A stretch of 64,000 nt of DNA. It comes from an uncultured delta proteobacterium. Its GTDB lineage: Bacteria > Myxococcota > Kuafuiibacteriia > Kuafuiibacteriales > Kuafuiibacteriaceae. Positions 42,415 through 52,727 of this stretch are shown piece by piece; the first letter of the stretch is position 1, and the number at the start of each line of letters is the position of its first letter. Under the pieces are notes generated by a model that had not been told where the DNA came from, made no database searches, and saw only the letters and a list, made by a program, of their open reading frames with translations. The translations under genes were made by a program, and so were the position numbers. The stretch covers positions 224,001 through 288,000 of the forward strand of contig CAWDML010000008.1 in NCBI GenBank assembly GCA_963803435.1, written 5' to 3'.

Positions 42415-43221
42415 TCAGCGGACGATCGATCCGGACGACCGGCCGGCGGCGGTGCGGGCCAGCGCCTCGGTGATCCGCACGCGCACGTCGCTCTCGAAGT
42501 GATCGCGATGAACGGCGTCGAAGGCGAAGCCTCGCACCCTCAGCTTCATCTCCTCCTGGATCGCGTGGGCCAGAAAGACCTCGGGCCGGCGGCGCGGGGA
42601 CGCATACATCGAGAGGGCGGCGGCGATGCGGGCCGTCTCTTGGGCCTCGAACGGATCGATCCCGAGGGGGATGGCGATCTCGAGCTCACAGGCGGCGTCG
42701 GCCCCCGACCCGGTGAAGTTGGTGACCGGACGCATGAGGAGGCGATCGTTCGGGATGTCGTGGACCGTCCCGTCGATCGCGCGCATCCGGACCGACCTCA
42801 GACCCCAGGCCTCGATCTCTCCTTCCAGACCGTCGACGCTGATCGAGTCGCCGATCTCCAGGCGTCGCTCGAAGAGGAGCGCGACGCCGGCGAGCACGTT
42901 CTTGATGAAGCCGAGCCCGCCGATCAGCACCGCGACCAGGATCAGGAGGCCGGCCGGACGCCACGCCGGAGGCAAGAGGTGCCCGATCAGAAACACCGTG
43001 GTGAGCGCGACGATGGCCCAGGCGAGCAGCTGCGCAGGACGGACCCAGGCGTGCGGGGGAGAGCCGGTCGCGCGGCGCGTCCTCCGGACCAGCTGGAGGA
43101 AGCCGATCGCCACCAGGAGAAGGAGCACGGCCGACCAGCCCCGATCCGGCGCCGAGAGCTGCACCTGCTCGAGGAGCGGCGGCCCCAGCGGGATGAGGGG
43201 CTCGCTGACCTGGTCGTTCAC
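42415..43221 (-). CDS. MscS family mechanosensitive channel
   Basis: Last ~268 aa of ORF 42415..48546 from GTG 43221; three TMs, KNVLAG, LEIGDSI, GEIEAWGLRSVR, IPND; GTGA overlap with the upstream gene. Confidence 0.88.
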   Translation of the reverse strand: MNDQVSEPLIPLGPPLLEQVQLSAPDRGWSAVLLLLVAIGFLQLVRRTRRATGSPPHAWVRPAQLLAWAIVALTTVFLIGHLLPPAWRPAGLLILVAVLIGGLGFIKNVLAGVALLFERRLEIGDSISVDGLEGEIEAWGLRSVRMRAIDGTVHDIPNDRLLMRPVTNFTGSGADAACELEIAIPLGIDPFEAQETARIAAALSMYASPRRRPEVFLAHAIQEEMKLRVRGFAFDAVHRDHFESDVRVRITEALARTAAGRSSGSIVR

Positions 43222-46200
43222 AGCAGGTTCATCCTCCGGAGCTCCCGCGCCGCCAGCCCCTCCGCGAACGGCTTGAGCCGATAGCTGCCGGCGATGCCGA
43301 ACGGTTCGACGAAGCCGAGGCGCTCCAGGTGTCCGAGCTCGGTCCGGATGTGCTCTGCCTCCGCGCGCACGATCTCCTCCAGCTGGGACAGCGACAGCGC
43401 GCTGTGCTGGATCAACGCCGCCAGCAGCAGCTGCTTGCGGAGCGACAGGCCCTGGACCAGGTCCGGCTCGATGGCGACCGGGTCGAGATGGATCATGCTG
43501 TCGTCGGTGGCGTCGATGCGGGCGGCGTCCAGCCAGAACAGGAGCGCCATCAGCGGGTTGCCGCCGCTCTCCTCGGTGAGCCGCGAGAAGAAGTGCTGGC
43601 GGGGCCGGCGCAGGCGGTCGGAGGTGCTCACGGGCTTGGTCAGCCAGTGCAGCAGGCGCGGCCGCGTGCGCTCGTAGGAGGCGTGAAAGCCGCTGACCCG
43701 GTGGCGGCGGAGGATCATCTCTTCCACCTGCGAGATCTGGAACGCCTCCACCTCGAACGTATGCGTGAAGTAGTCGAAGAGCCCGAGCATGGTCTCGAGC
43801 CAGCTGGCCGCGGGAGCGCCCATCAAGACGATCCACAGCACGTGGTTGCTGGTGGTCCCGGTCAGGTTCAAGAAGCGCCGCGAGATGTTCATTCCCTCCT
43901 CGGAGCGCCAGAACAGCTTCTCGCCGTTCTCGATCACGATGATCCTTCGCTCCTGATTGGCCTGGATCAGACGGCCGAGCGAGTCGAAGGAGGAGGAGGG
44001 AGGATCGCTGAACCTCCCGCCGAGCTGGCGGGCCAGGTCCACCTCCGTCGACGACTCCTCGTCGAAGAGGATCGAGACGGTTGGGATCTCGGCGATGTCC
44101 GACTGGCCGAGCTGTGCGAGCACGTGCTGGACGAGCGAGCGCTTCCCGGCGCCGCGGTCGCCGTGGATCAGGATCGACGCCGGCGTGCCCTCCGCCCACT
44201 GGCGGATCGCATCCGAGAGGGTGGCTTCGAGCTCGGGACGGCTCACGTAGAACTCCGCGATCTCGAGGGGCGCCGGGGCGAAGATGCGACGATACGCGGC
44301 CGGGATGCTCTTGTCGGGCGTGCGCAGCTCGGGGCGCAGGCGCACGCGCACCTCGGCGGCCCGCAGCGGACGCTGCTCGTCGACGAGGAGGCGACGCAGG
44401 TCGTCGAGCGCCTCGCGCAACGTGGGCGAGAGGCGTCGATACAGGTAGCGGACCAGCCCGGTGAGCAGCCGGAATCTGACGCGAGGCCCAGCTCTCGCCT
44501 CGCTCCCGGAGCGCCGCGGCCGCCCGGCGCGCCGCCACCCGGCGGATCTCCTCGAGCCGGTGATCGCGCAGCGGTTGGACCGTCTGCTCCACCAGCGCGT
44601 CGGTCTCGCGAAGCAGCCACTCGCCTGCCTCGTCGAGCTTTCTCTGGAGGGAGTCGGAGGCCTCGCCGATCATGCGGAGGGCGCGCTGCAGGCCGCCCGA
44701 AGCGAGCTCGGCCCGGGCGGTGGCGTCTTCGTCGTCGCGCTGCGCCGCCAGCAGGTTGAACTCGAGAACCTGCTCGATCTCCTCCAGCGCCTCGAGCGTC
44801 GAGCGCATCGCGTCCTGAACGCGCTCGCGCAGCTCGACCAGCCGCAACCCCACCTCGCGGGCCAGGCTCGACATGAACCACTCGCGTACCGGGACCGCGA
44901 CCGTGGACTTGCTCTCGTGTGCGGCTTCAGTCACGGGACTGTCGGTGGGGAGGCGAAGCTCGACCGAGAGCGCGGCGATCCGGACCACCAGCAGCTCGTG
45001 GAGCTCACGTCCGGCAGCGGCCTGGCCGAAGGCATAGAGGATCTGCTCGACGCGCCGGACCGTGCGCGCGACCGCTGGCTTGATCCATCGGCTCAATCCG
45101 GTCGCCCAGTCCTTCTCCCCGTTCTTCGAGAGCTCTTCGCCGTCGAGCAGGCGGCGGCAGAGCTCCTGGGTGGCGTCGAGCTCGCGGCGGCAGGGGTCGA
45201 GCACCTGGCGCGCGAGGAGCTCCGTCAGCTTGCCGCGGTACCGCTTCCACCAGTCGACGAACAGGCTCACCTGGTGGCGGAGCACGATCCATCCGCGCAG
45301 GCCCGCCGCGATCTCGTGCTCCTGTCGGATCCGCGTGCGGAGGCGTTGCTCGGCCCGGCGCGCCCAATCGAAGCGCGCCGAGGCGCGGTACTGGAACGCC
45401 GGCAGCTCGAGCGTGCCGGCGCGCTCGGCGGCGGCGATGAAGTCGGCGAAGGGGACACCCAGGCTGCGGCTGAAACGATCGAGCGCGATCCCCCGTGAGC
45501 TCTCCAGCTTCGCGCGGAGCGCGGCCATGCTCTTGGCCAGGGCTTCGCTCTTCTCGAGGCTCGGATCGGGATCGGCGAAGCGCTCCTCCACCGCACGAAC
45601 GTGGTCGACCAGCGCCCGCCAGAGCGCCTCGTTCTCCAGCGCGGCCGACTCGGCGGCGCGCGACAGCGAGATCGGAATCGCGAGCTCGACGTAGAAGCGC
45701 CACAGCTTGCCCAGCGGCACGGTGCGGATGCCCTTGCCGCGGACGAAGCGGCGAATGCGGCGCAGCAGCTTGACGAAGCGGGTGAGGCCGCGATCTCCGG
45801 GTCGCGCCTCGAAGAGGTGGGCCTCGCCGGGGATCCGGTAGACGCGGCTGAACGGCTCGAAGCCGCGCACCTCGTGGAGCAGGCGATCGATTGCGGCCTC
45901 GTCAATCGCGAGCGGAGAGACGCGCTCGAGCACGCTGATGCCGTGCTGGACGTCCCGCTCGTACTCGGCTCGGGTGGGCTCGTCCGACGACAGCGCCTGC
46001 GCCAGCGACTTCTCCAGGTGATCGAACGCCGCGCGCAGGCGGGCGGCCCGCGCCTCGATCGGATCGACGATCACGAAGCGATGGAGGTTGGCCAGGTGGT
46101 CGCGGATCACCGTCATCCGGCCGTTGAGCGCGTCGCTCTCGAAGCTCGCCACCGGCAGCTCGGGAGCCTCCGACTCGACGTCGGCGGTGTAGCGCGGATC

Positions 46201-47592
46201 GATGGTCTCGGCCTCGGCGCGGTGGACGGCGCGGGCGTGCTCGGTCTCGCCGGAGCCGTCGAGCGCGCGCTTGAGGAGAGGCGGGCCCAGGATGATGTGG
46301 ATGACGACCATGCTCATGATCACCATCTGAAAGTCGCGGCCCCAGGTGGGGATGCTGGCCGCGACCAGGCCGGCCAGCACCAGATCGACGCTGCCGCGGG
46401 AGAAGAGGCAGCTCCACAGCGAGCGCCGCATGACCTCGTTGACGCCAGTGATCGCACCCGCCAGACGGGTCGCGCCCACCAGCGAGACCGTGCGGAGCAC
46501 GGTGAGGACGAGCGTGAGATAGAGCGTGCCCTGCACCGCCACCGGATCGAGCTGGGCCGCCTGCGTCATGAAGTAGATGACGAAGACCGGGAGGCTGATC
46601 CGCTCGAGGGCCGAGATCATCTCCGGTCCGCGGCTCGAGAAGTTTTGCACCAGGAAGCCGGCCGTGAGGAACGCGAGCAGCGTCTCCGCGTGGAAGAGCT
46701 TGCACACGTAGGAGGCGGTGAAGATCAGCGCCACCGTGAAGAGGAGCTGCTCGCGCTTCACGAAGCGCAGGTAGATGATCGTGACCAGCCCGGTGATCAC
46801 GCCGATCAGGATCCCGGTGCCGAACTCCATGGCGACCGACGGCAGCGCGCTCAGCACGCCCGGCCCGGCGACGCCCTCCGGGACCATCAGCACCTTCGAG
46901 AAGTTGACGGCGATCAGGACCATGCCGACCAGGGCGATGTCTGCGAAGACCACGGTGCCGAGGACCAGCGAGGTGAGCGGGCCGCGCGCGCGGTTCTCCT
47001 GGAGCACGGCGATGGTGACGGTGGGGCTGGTGGCGGCGCCGAAGACGCCGCAGAACAGCGCGAACTGGAAGATGTCCTTGCTGGTCAGGTTGGCGGCGAA
47101 CGGCATGATCGACGGCACCCAGGCGGGGATGTGCCAGACCACGAGGAACGTCAGCGGGAAGACGAACGCGATGTTGAGGACCAGGATCGCGAGGATCGTG
47201 CGCAGGTTGCTCTTGAGCTCGCCGATCTTCAGCTCACCGCCGCCGAGCGTCCCGATCACGCCGACGATGACGACGTTGATCAGCTCGAGGTCGCTGATCA
47301 CACGCTTGCCGAAGAGGGCGGTCGGCTGGCCGGGAAGGATGGCGGCCAGGTTCGGACCGAAGAGGATGCCCGCGAAGATGTAGCCGAGGAGCGCCGGCAT
47401 GCGCATCAGCTGGAAGAACTCGCCCATGGAGAAGGCGGCGAGGATGATGAAGCCCGTCGCCGCCAGGCTCTTGGCGTTGTAGATACCGTCCTGCGCGCGT
47501 GCGGGCTCGTAGCGCTGCACGACCAACATGAGGCCCAGGAGCACGACCATCGTGCCCAGCAGCCAGAGCGGGGTGAGGAAGCGACCCTTCAC
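43218..47592 (-). CDS. Cation:proton antiporter fused to a long helical region and a C-terminal P-loop ATPase/wHTH-like module (~1450 aa; one +1 frameshift)
   Basis: GTG 47592 after AAGGAG; TM domain with PALLGYIFAGILFGPN, GGELK, ATSP, FAD; frame break near 44473 joins ORF 43218..44420 with HGDRGAGKRS, IIVIEN, SGGNP. Confidence 0.75.
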
Positions 47593-47597
47593 CGACG

Positions 47598-48848
47598 TCA
47601 CTCCTTCACGAGCGCGACGTCGGTCGCGTCGATCACCCAGCGGCGAGCGGACTGATAGGCGATCGCCTCGCTGGCGAGGATCGAGAGGAGGATCAGGACG
47701 TAGAGCTCCGACGCCAGCGGCACGTGGCCAAACACGACGGTGAAGTTGAGCGCCATCGCGACGCTGAGTCCGCCGGGGGCCCACAGGACCGCGCCCACGG
47801 AGGGGAAGCCGCGCACGGCGGTGGAGACCCGCTTGGCCAGGAAGCCGCCGGCGCTGCGGCCGAGGGCCCGCAGGAGCAGGAACGGCGCGAACATGAGGTA
47901 GGCCCACCAGCGCACCTCGAAGCTGAGGCTGGCGCCGGCGAAGAAGAAGAGGACGATGTAGAGGGGCCGCTCCACCGAGGCCAGCATGCGCTCGACCTGG
48001 TCTCCCTTGATGACGGTGGCGAGCGTGAGTCCGACGAGAAAGTTGACGAAGATCGGCGAGACTTCGATGTAGAACGCGAGACCGCTGGTGAAGATGACGA
48101 TGCCGATGACGACGGTCAGGAGCTTGTCGTCCTCGTAGTCGCGCAGGAGGAAGGTCGCGAACATGATGCCGAGGATTCCGCCCACGGCCGCGTGGAGCAG
48201 GAGCCAGAAGAGGAACGACTGCGAGTCCTGGAACGCCGAGAACCCGAAGGCGCTCGCCGGCGGTTTCGAGGCGCAGAAGACGATCCCGAAGACCATCACC
48301 GCCAGAGACGAGCACACGCGCGCGGTCCCGGTGGCGATCTCGGTGCCTCCGCCGCTGGCGTCGAGATAGGCGACGAGCGAGCGCAGCGGGGCTGGATCGG
48401 CGACCAGCGCCACGGCTCCCAGACAGAGGAGGTGCGGGACGTAGGTCTTGGCGACGGCCGGCGAAAATCCGTAGGTGATGATCCCGAGCGGGAGCAGCGC
48501 GACCACGGCGAGCGTGGTGGCCGAGACGATCAGCGCAGCGCGCCACACCAGGCGGCGCGTGGGCCGGTTGAGGCGCACGTGCAGCCCGGCGAGGAGGCCC
48601 AGCGATCCGGTGCCGAGGACCAGCGCCGGGCTGAACTGCGCCACCGTGGTCTCGTCGAGCACGTGAAAGACGGGACCGACGATCGCGCCGAGCAGCATGT
48701 ACTCCACGCCGGTCACGATGCCGAAGCGCTTGGAGAGCCAGTCGGACAGGAGGTGCGTGACGAGATAGGCGGCGCTCACCACGCCGAGCAGGATCAAGAT
48801 GGGGCGGAAGGCCTCCGCGCCGGATACTTCAGCACCGAAGAAACCCAC
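47598..48848 (-). CDS. Cation:proton antiporter family membrane protein
   Basis: About 12 hydrophobic segments; GVEYMLLGAIVGP, SPIFVNFLVG, ERPLYIVLFFFAGA, GGLSVAMA; start uncertain. Confidence 0.8.
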   Translation of the reverse strand: MGFFGAEVSGAEAFRPILILLGVVSAAYLVTHLLSDWLSKRFGIVTGVEYMLLGAIVGPVFHVLDETTVAQFSPALVLGTGSLGLLAGLHVRLNRPTRRLVWRAALIVSATTLAVVALLPLGIITYGFSPAVAKTYVPHLLCLGAVALVADPAPLRSLVAYLDASGGGTEIATGTARVCSSLAVMVFGIVFCASKPPASAFGFSAFQDSQSFLFWLLLHAAVGGILGIMFATFLLRDYEDDKLLTVVIGIVIFTSGLAFYIEVSPIFVNFLVGLTLATVIKGDQVERMLASVERPLYIVLFFFAGASLSFEVRWWAYLMFAPFLLLRALGRSAGGFLAKRVSTAVRGFPSVGAVLWAPGGLSVAMALNFTVVFGHVPLASELYVLILLSILASEAIAYQSARRWVIDATDVALVKE

Positions 48849-48918
48849 GGCTAGAACGAATGTTCTACCCGAGCCCCCAATCCTGGACAAATTTCGGCGA
48901 GCGGTTAACGTCGCCTCT

Positions 48919-49413
48919 GTGCGTCCAGGGCCGCTCCTCCTGCTGCCGTTGCTGGCGGCCTGTGCGACCACTCAGAAAGGCGGGGATGAGGACACGCAGG
49001 TGTTCCTGCTGGAGGTTGTGACGCAGCACTGCAAGATCCCGCAGCTGAAGACCTTCTTCGAGTTCGACTCCGTTCACGTTGGCAGCGACAATCATGCGGC
49101 GCTCAACGCGCTGGCGAAGTGCCTCACCGACGGCCCGCTGAACCGCGCCAAGATCGAGCTGATCGGCCACTCCGATCCGGTGGGACCGGCCGGGTACAAC
49201 GAGAAGCTCAGCCTCCGTCGCGCCAAGGAGGTCGCGCGTTACCTGGCGAATCGCGGAGTGCCCGACGCGCGGATCTCGGTGCGGGCCGCCGGCGTCGACG
49301 AGGACGCGCCTGCGAACCGGATGGCGCGGCGGGTGGACATCCGGTTGATCGACTGCGCGATCGATCCCAAGCGACAGTGCGAGAGCGTCAGTCGTCCCAC
49401 ACCGAGCAAGTGA
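48919..49413 (+). CDS. OmpA/Pal-like peptidoglycan-binding lipoprotein
   Basis: Lipobox LAAC; FEFDS, GHSD, YNEKLSLRRA, RRVDI. Confidence 0.85.
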   Translation: MRPGPLLLLPLLAACATTQKGGDEDTQVFLLEVVTQHCKIPQLKTFFEFDSVHVGSDNHAALNALAKCLTDGPLNRAKIELIGHSDPVGPAGYNEKLSLRRAKEVARYLANRGVPDARISVRAAGVDEDAPANRMARRVDIRLIDCAIDPKRQCESVSRPTPSK

Positions 49414-51241
49414 AGCCGTCTCTGAGCGCCTTTCCCACCACCACGAAGTAGGTGGGGAGACGGTGCGCGTCGGCGCGCTCGCGGACGTTGCGAAGGGTGC
49501 GGCTGATGCGACCGAACACGCCGTCATCGGGCTCCGCAGGGTCGGGGGGCTGGGGCGCGTTCTGCGGGTGGGGCCGTCCGAAGCGATCGAAGTGGATCCG
49601 GAAGCCGAGCGGCTCGTTCTGGGCGTTCGTCGGCAGGAGTGGGACCGGATCGTCGGCGTTGATGTAGCGGACGAACACGGTCTTCTTCTCCTTGGCGACC
49701 GCGGCCGCGGTGGTCGCCAGCGCCTTCTCGAACGTGTTGGGCCAGCCGCACGTGTACGCGTGATGGACGGGGATGTTCTGGTGGAGCGTGAGCCGGAGAT
49801 AGAGCATGGCCGCCAGCGAGGCGCCCAGGCTGTGGCCGGCGAGGACGATCTTCGGCGGCTCTTCGGGGAGGCCGGCAGCCTTGCGCTTCTCAGCGAGCGC
49901 GCCGGTGTACTCCTGGAACTTCGCGTCGAACGACGGTAGCAGGCTCTCGAACTGCTTGAGGAAGCCCGAAGGGACGCGACCCGGGATGCCGACGTGGCGC
50001 GCGTCGACCAGGATCGGGTTCATGTCGGCGAGCATGTCCTTGAAGGACTCGGTGCCGCGCCCGGCTGCGACGATGGTGTTCCGCTCGACGTCGTAGCCGA
50101 TCATCATCTGGGCGTCGGTCGCGGGAATGTCGAGCAGCGTCGCGTCCTCGAAGCCCCACGCCTTCGCGTAGTCGCGGACCGAGTCGGCGGGCCAATACGC
50201 GAGCTCCTGCGCCTGGAAGCAGAGGTTGCTCATTCGCGCGTCGAAGTCCTTGACGGTTGGGTCGTAGTCGAGCCGATGGCGTGCCAGGGCGACCTCGTTT
50301 CGGTCGGCCACCGCCAGGAGGATGCTCGCCTGCTGCGCCGAGAGGATGATGCACCGCTTGCCGTCCCGATCCACCAGCGACGCGGTCAGGTTCTCGGCGC
50401 CGCGCGACGCGAGTCGATCGTTCACCGCGTCCAGGATCAGCTGCTCCTTCGGCGTCCCCGGCTTCTTCGCCTCCAGCTCGGCGACCTCCTCCGAGACGCC
50501 TCGCATGCCGAGGTAGCCCTCGACCGGCATCACGAAGCAGTTCTGCTCGGGACCCACGCCGGGCAGGTTGTCTCGCCGGACGCAGATCCACGACGGATCC
50601 TGATAGAGCAGGGCGGTCCGCGGGCGGAGGAGCAACAGATCCATGATGAGCGCAGCGTCCGCCGCGGGCATGTGGACGACCTGCGCGCGGCTCCAGAGGG
50701 CGAAGCCTTCGCCGCGCACGTCGGGGTGGGCCACGCCGAGCTTCTTCAGCAGCTCCTGGAGGTCGTCCGTGACGTACCGGCCCTCGTTCCCCTCGATGAC
50801 CCCCCGCCACCCGTCGGACGGCATCGCGAACCGGATCTCACCGTCGATCTTCTGGAGGAACTTCCATCCGCTGGTGCTGTAGAGCTGCCGCGAGAGATCC
50901 TCGTACATCGTCGAGAAGCCGAGCTCGTCCCAGAGCGTGCCCGAGCGGTGCTCGTCGACGCTCTTCGCGATCTTCTGGATCGCCGGCGCGAGCGCCTCGG
51001 GATGGTCGAGACCGTCGGAGAGCACGGCCGGCTCGATCCCCTTGATGGCTTCGAAGAGATCGGGGTGCGTCTTCTGCAGCCATGCGAGCGCGGGATCGGC
51101 GAGATCACCGCTCCTCCGCGCGAAGTCCTGGAGCAGCGCCCCGATCTCCTCGCGTTCTCGGGCGGGCTGGGCATCGAAGCGATCCTCGGCGACGTCGGTC
51201 GCCAACCGATAGAAGGATCCTTCGTCGAGCGGCTTGATCAT
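49388..51241 (-). CDS. Class 3 lipase with ~310-aa uncharacterised N-terminal region
   Basis: RGTES, GHSLGA nucleophile elbow, DPVPLLP, C-terminal His; no signal peptide. Confidence 0.85.
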   Translation of the reverse strand: MIKPLDEGSFYRLATDVAEDRFDAQPAREREEIGALLQDFARRSGDLADPALAWLQKTHPDLFEAIKGIEPAVLSDGLDHPEALAPAIQKIAKSVDEHRSGTLWDELGFSTMYEDLSRQLYSTSGWKFLQKIDGEIRFAMPSDGWRGVIEGNEGRYVTDDLQELLKKLGVAHPDVRGEGFALWSRAQVVHMPAADAALIMDLLLLRPRTALLYQDPSWICVRRDNLPGVGPEQNCFVMPVEGYLGMRGVSEEVAELEAKKPGTPKEQLILDAVNDRLASRGAENLTASLVDRDGKRCIILSAQQASILLAVADRNEVALARHRLDYDPTVKDFDARMSNLCFQAQELAYWPADSVRDYAKAWGFEDATLLDIPATDAQMMIGYDVERNTIVAAGRGTESFKDMLADMNPILVDARHVGIPGRVPSGFLKQFESLLPSFDAKFQEYTGALAEKRKAAGLPEEPPKIVLAGHSLGASLAAMLYLRLTLHQNIPVHHAYTCGWPNTFEKALATTAAAVAKEKKTVFVRYINADDPVPLLPTNAQNEPLGFRIHFDRFGRPHPQNAPQPPDPAEPDDGVFGRISRTLRNVRERADAHRLPTYFVVVGKALRDGFTCSVWDD

Positions 51242-51507
51242 TGGGAGCCCAGCTTCATCTTCTCGACGACCTCGTCGAGGACCGAGAGCAGCGCGTTCCC
51301 GGCCTCGGGCGAGCCGCGCTCCTTCATGAGGTAGTAGGCGAACACGGAGAGCTTCTCGAGCGCGGTCCGTCGCTCGTCGGGCGTGAGGGCGAGGAGGCGT
51401 GGGGTGAGGAACCTGGGCGCCACGGGGAAGACGAAGCGCTTCGGCTCACCGGCGGTCGGGCGGAGCGCGTCGGCCAACTCTCGGACGATCTGGTCGGCGA
51501 CGCCCAC
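51238..51507 (-). CDS. Small helical hypothetical protein coupled to the lipase
   Basis: C-terminal 89 aa of ORF 51238..51825 from GTG 51507; ATGA overlap with the lipase start. Confidence 0.6.
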   Translation of the reverse strand: MGVADQIVRELADALRPTAGEPKRFVFPVAPRFLTPRLLALTPDERRTALEKLSVFAYYLMKERGSPEAGNALLSVLDEVVEKMKLGSQ

Positions 51508-51649
51508 GGTGGACCTTATCGGTCGATCGACCGTGTCTGTTCGGCCCGAAGGGGAACGAAGTGCCAGTTCCCCCACATCGTCGTCGCACCTACACCGGAG
51601 CGGACGATTTCCGCGCGACGAATGGATGTGGACACCCGATAACGATCGT

Positions 51650-52726
51650 GTGGTGGTGCGCGGCGTCCTCTCTCCGCGGTTCGCAGGAGGCATCGACCTT
51701 TCGCTCGACGGCTCCGATTCCCCGGTGCGCGCGACGCGCGTCGCCGACACGCAGGCGGGCCCCTCGGTCCGCCCCGACGCGACCTCGGCCGCGGCGGCGC
51801 GGAACAAGGCGTTGTGCTGCACCACCGCTCAGCAGCTGAAGGCCACGCTGGACGCCAAGCTCCCTGCGCAGCCGGCGGACACGCCGATCCGGATGTTAGA
51901 GGCGGGGCACGCGGCCGCCGGCTCGACGTACCAGCGCGCCGAGGACATGTCGCGCTTCGGCGTCGACGCCGTGGCGGCCGCAAGCCAGCTTGCAGGCACG
52001 GGACAGGTCACCACCTTCGGGACACTCTCGAGGGACGGCGGTCAACTTCGCTACAGCCCGACGCCCGCGGACCGCTTGATCGTGCCGGGGCGCGACGGCG
52101 GTACCGTCGAGCTGAAGTTCGAGGACTTCCAAGGCAACACGCAGAGCGCCGCCGCGTTCCTCGCGAACGATCACTCGCTGTCGTTCACCGCGCAACACGC
52201 GGGCGACCTCGACATGCGGATCAGCGACGTCCGCCGCGGCGAGGCCCACGACATCACCGCCCGCGGCCGCATCACTTTTGGCGACGTCGACTACGACGCG
52301 GACCTTCACTTCGCCGAGACGGATCACTTCCGGTACGACGGTCCCGGCGGCGAGGGCGAGCGCGCTGTCGCCATCACCGGCACGATCGAGAGCGACGACG
52401 CCAAGCTGACCGTCGACGAGACGGCCAGCGACGTCTCTGCGACCGCCGAGGTCCGCGACGGGCTGGGCGGAAGCGCGCACACCACCACACGCACGATCCG
52501 GTCGACGCTCGAGACCGGCGGCGACACCTACGTCTGGAACGACGTGCAGACCCGCGAGTCCTTCCGCAACGGACGGGCCAGCGACGTCGAGCATTGGCGC
52601 GCCGAGGGCGACGTCACCCGCAACGGCGAGCCTTACGGCTCGTATCGTCTCCGCGAGGCCGGTGGGCAGCTCCAGATGGTGATCGATCGTCCCCAGGGCG
52701 CGCTGGTCCTGGAGTCGTTCCGCTGA
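51650..52726 (+). CDS. Hypothetical beta-rich protein
   Basis: ORF 51383..52726; probable GTG 51650; Thr/Asp/Gly-rich; no signal peptide. Confidence 0.65.
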   Translation: MVVRGVLSPRFAGGIDLSLDGSDSPVRATRVADTQAGPSVRPDATSAAAARNKALCCTTAQQLKATLDAKLPAQPADTPIRMLEAGHAAAGSTYQRAEDMSRFGVDAVAAASQLAGTGQVTTFGTLSRDGGQLRYSPTPADRLIVPGRDGGTVELKFEDFQGNTQSAAAFLANDHSLSFTAQHAGDLDMRISDVRRGEAHDITARGRITFGDVDYDADLHFAETDHFRYDGPGGEGERAVAITGTIESDDAKLTVDETASDVSATAEVRDGLGGSAHTTTRTIRSTLETGGDTYVWNDVQTRESFRNGRASDVEHWRAEGDVTRNGEPYGSYRLREAGGQLQMVIDRPQGALVLESFR

Positions 52727-52727
52727 G

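Noticed and set aside
42415-48546. 2043-aa ORF as one giant protein
   Set aside because: It chains an off-frame stretch of the upstream antiporter, the real antiporter/helical region, an off-frame stretch after the 44473 frameshift and the separate MscS gene
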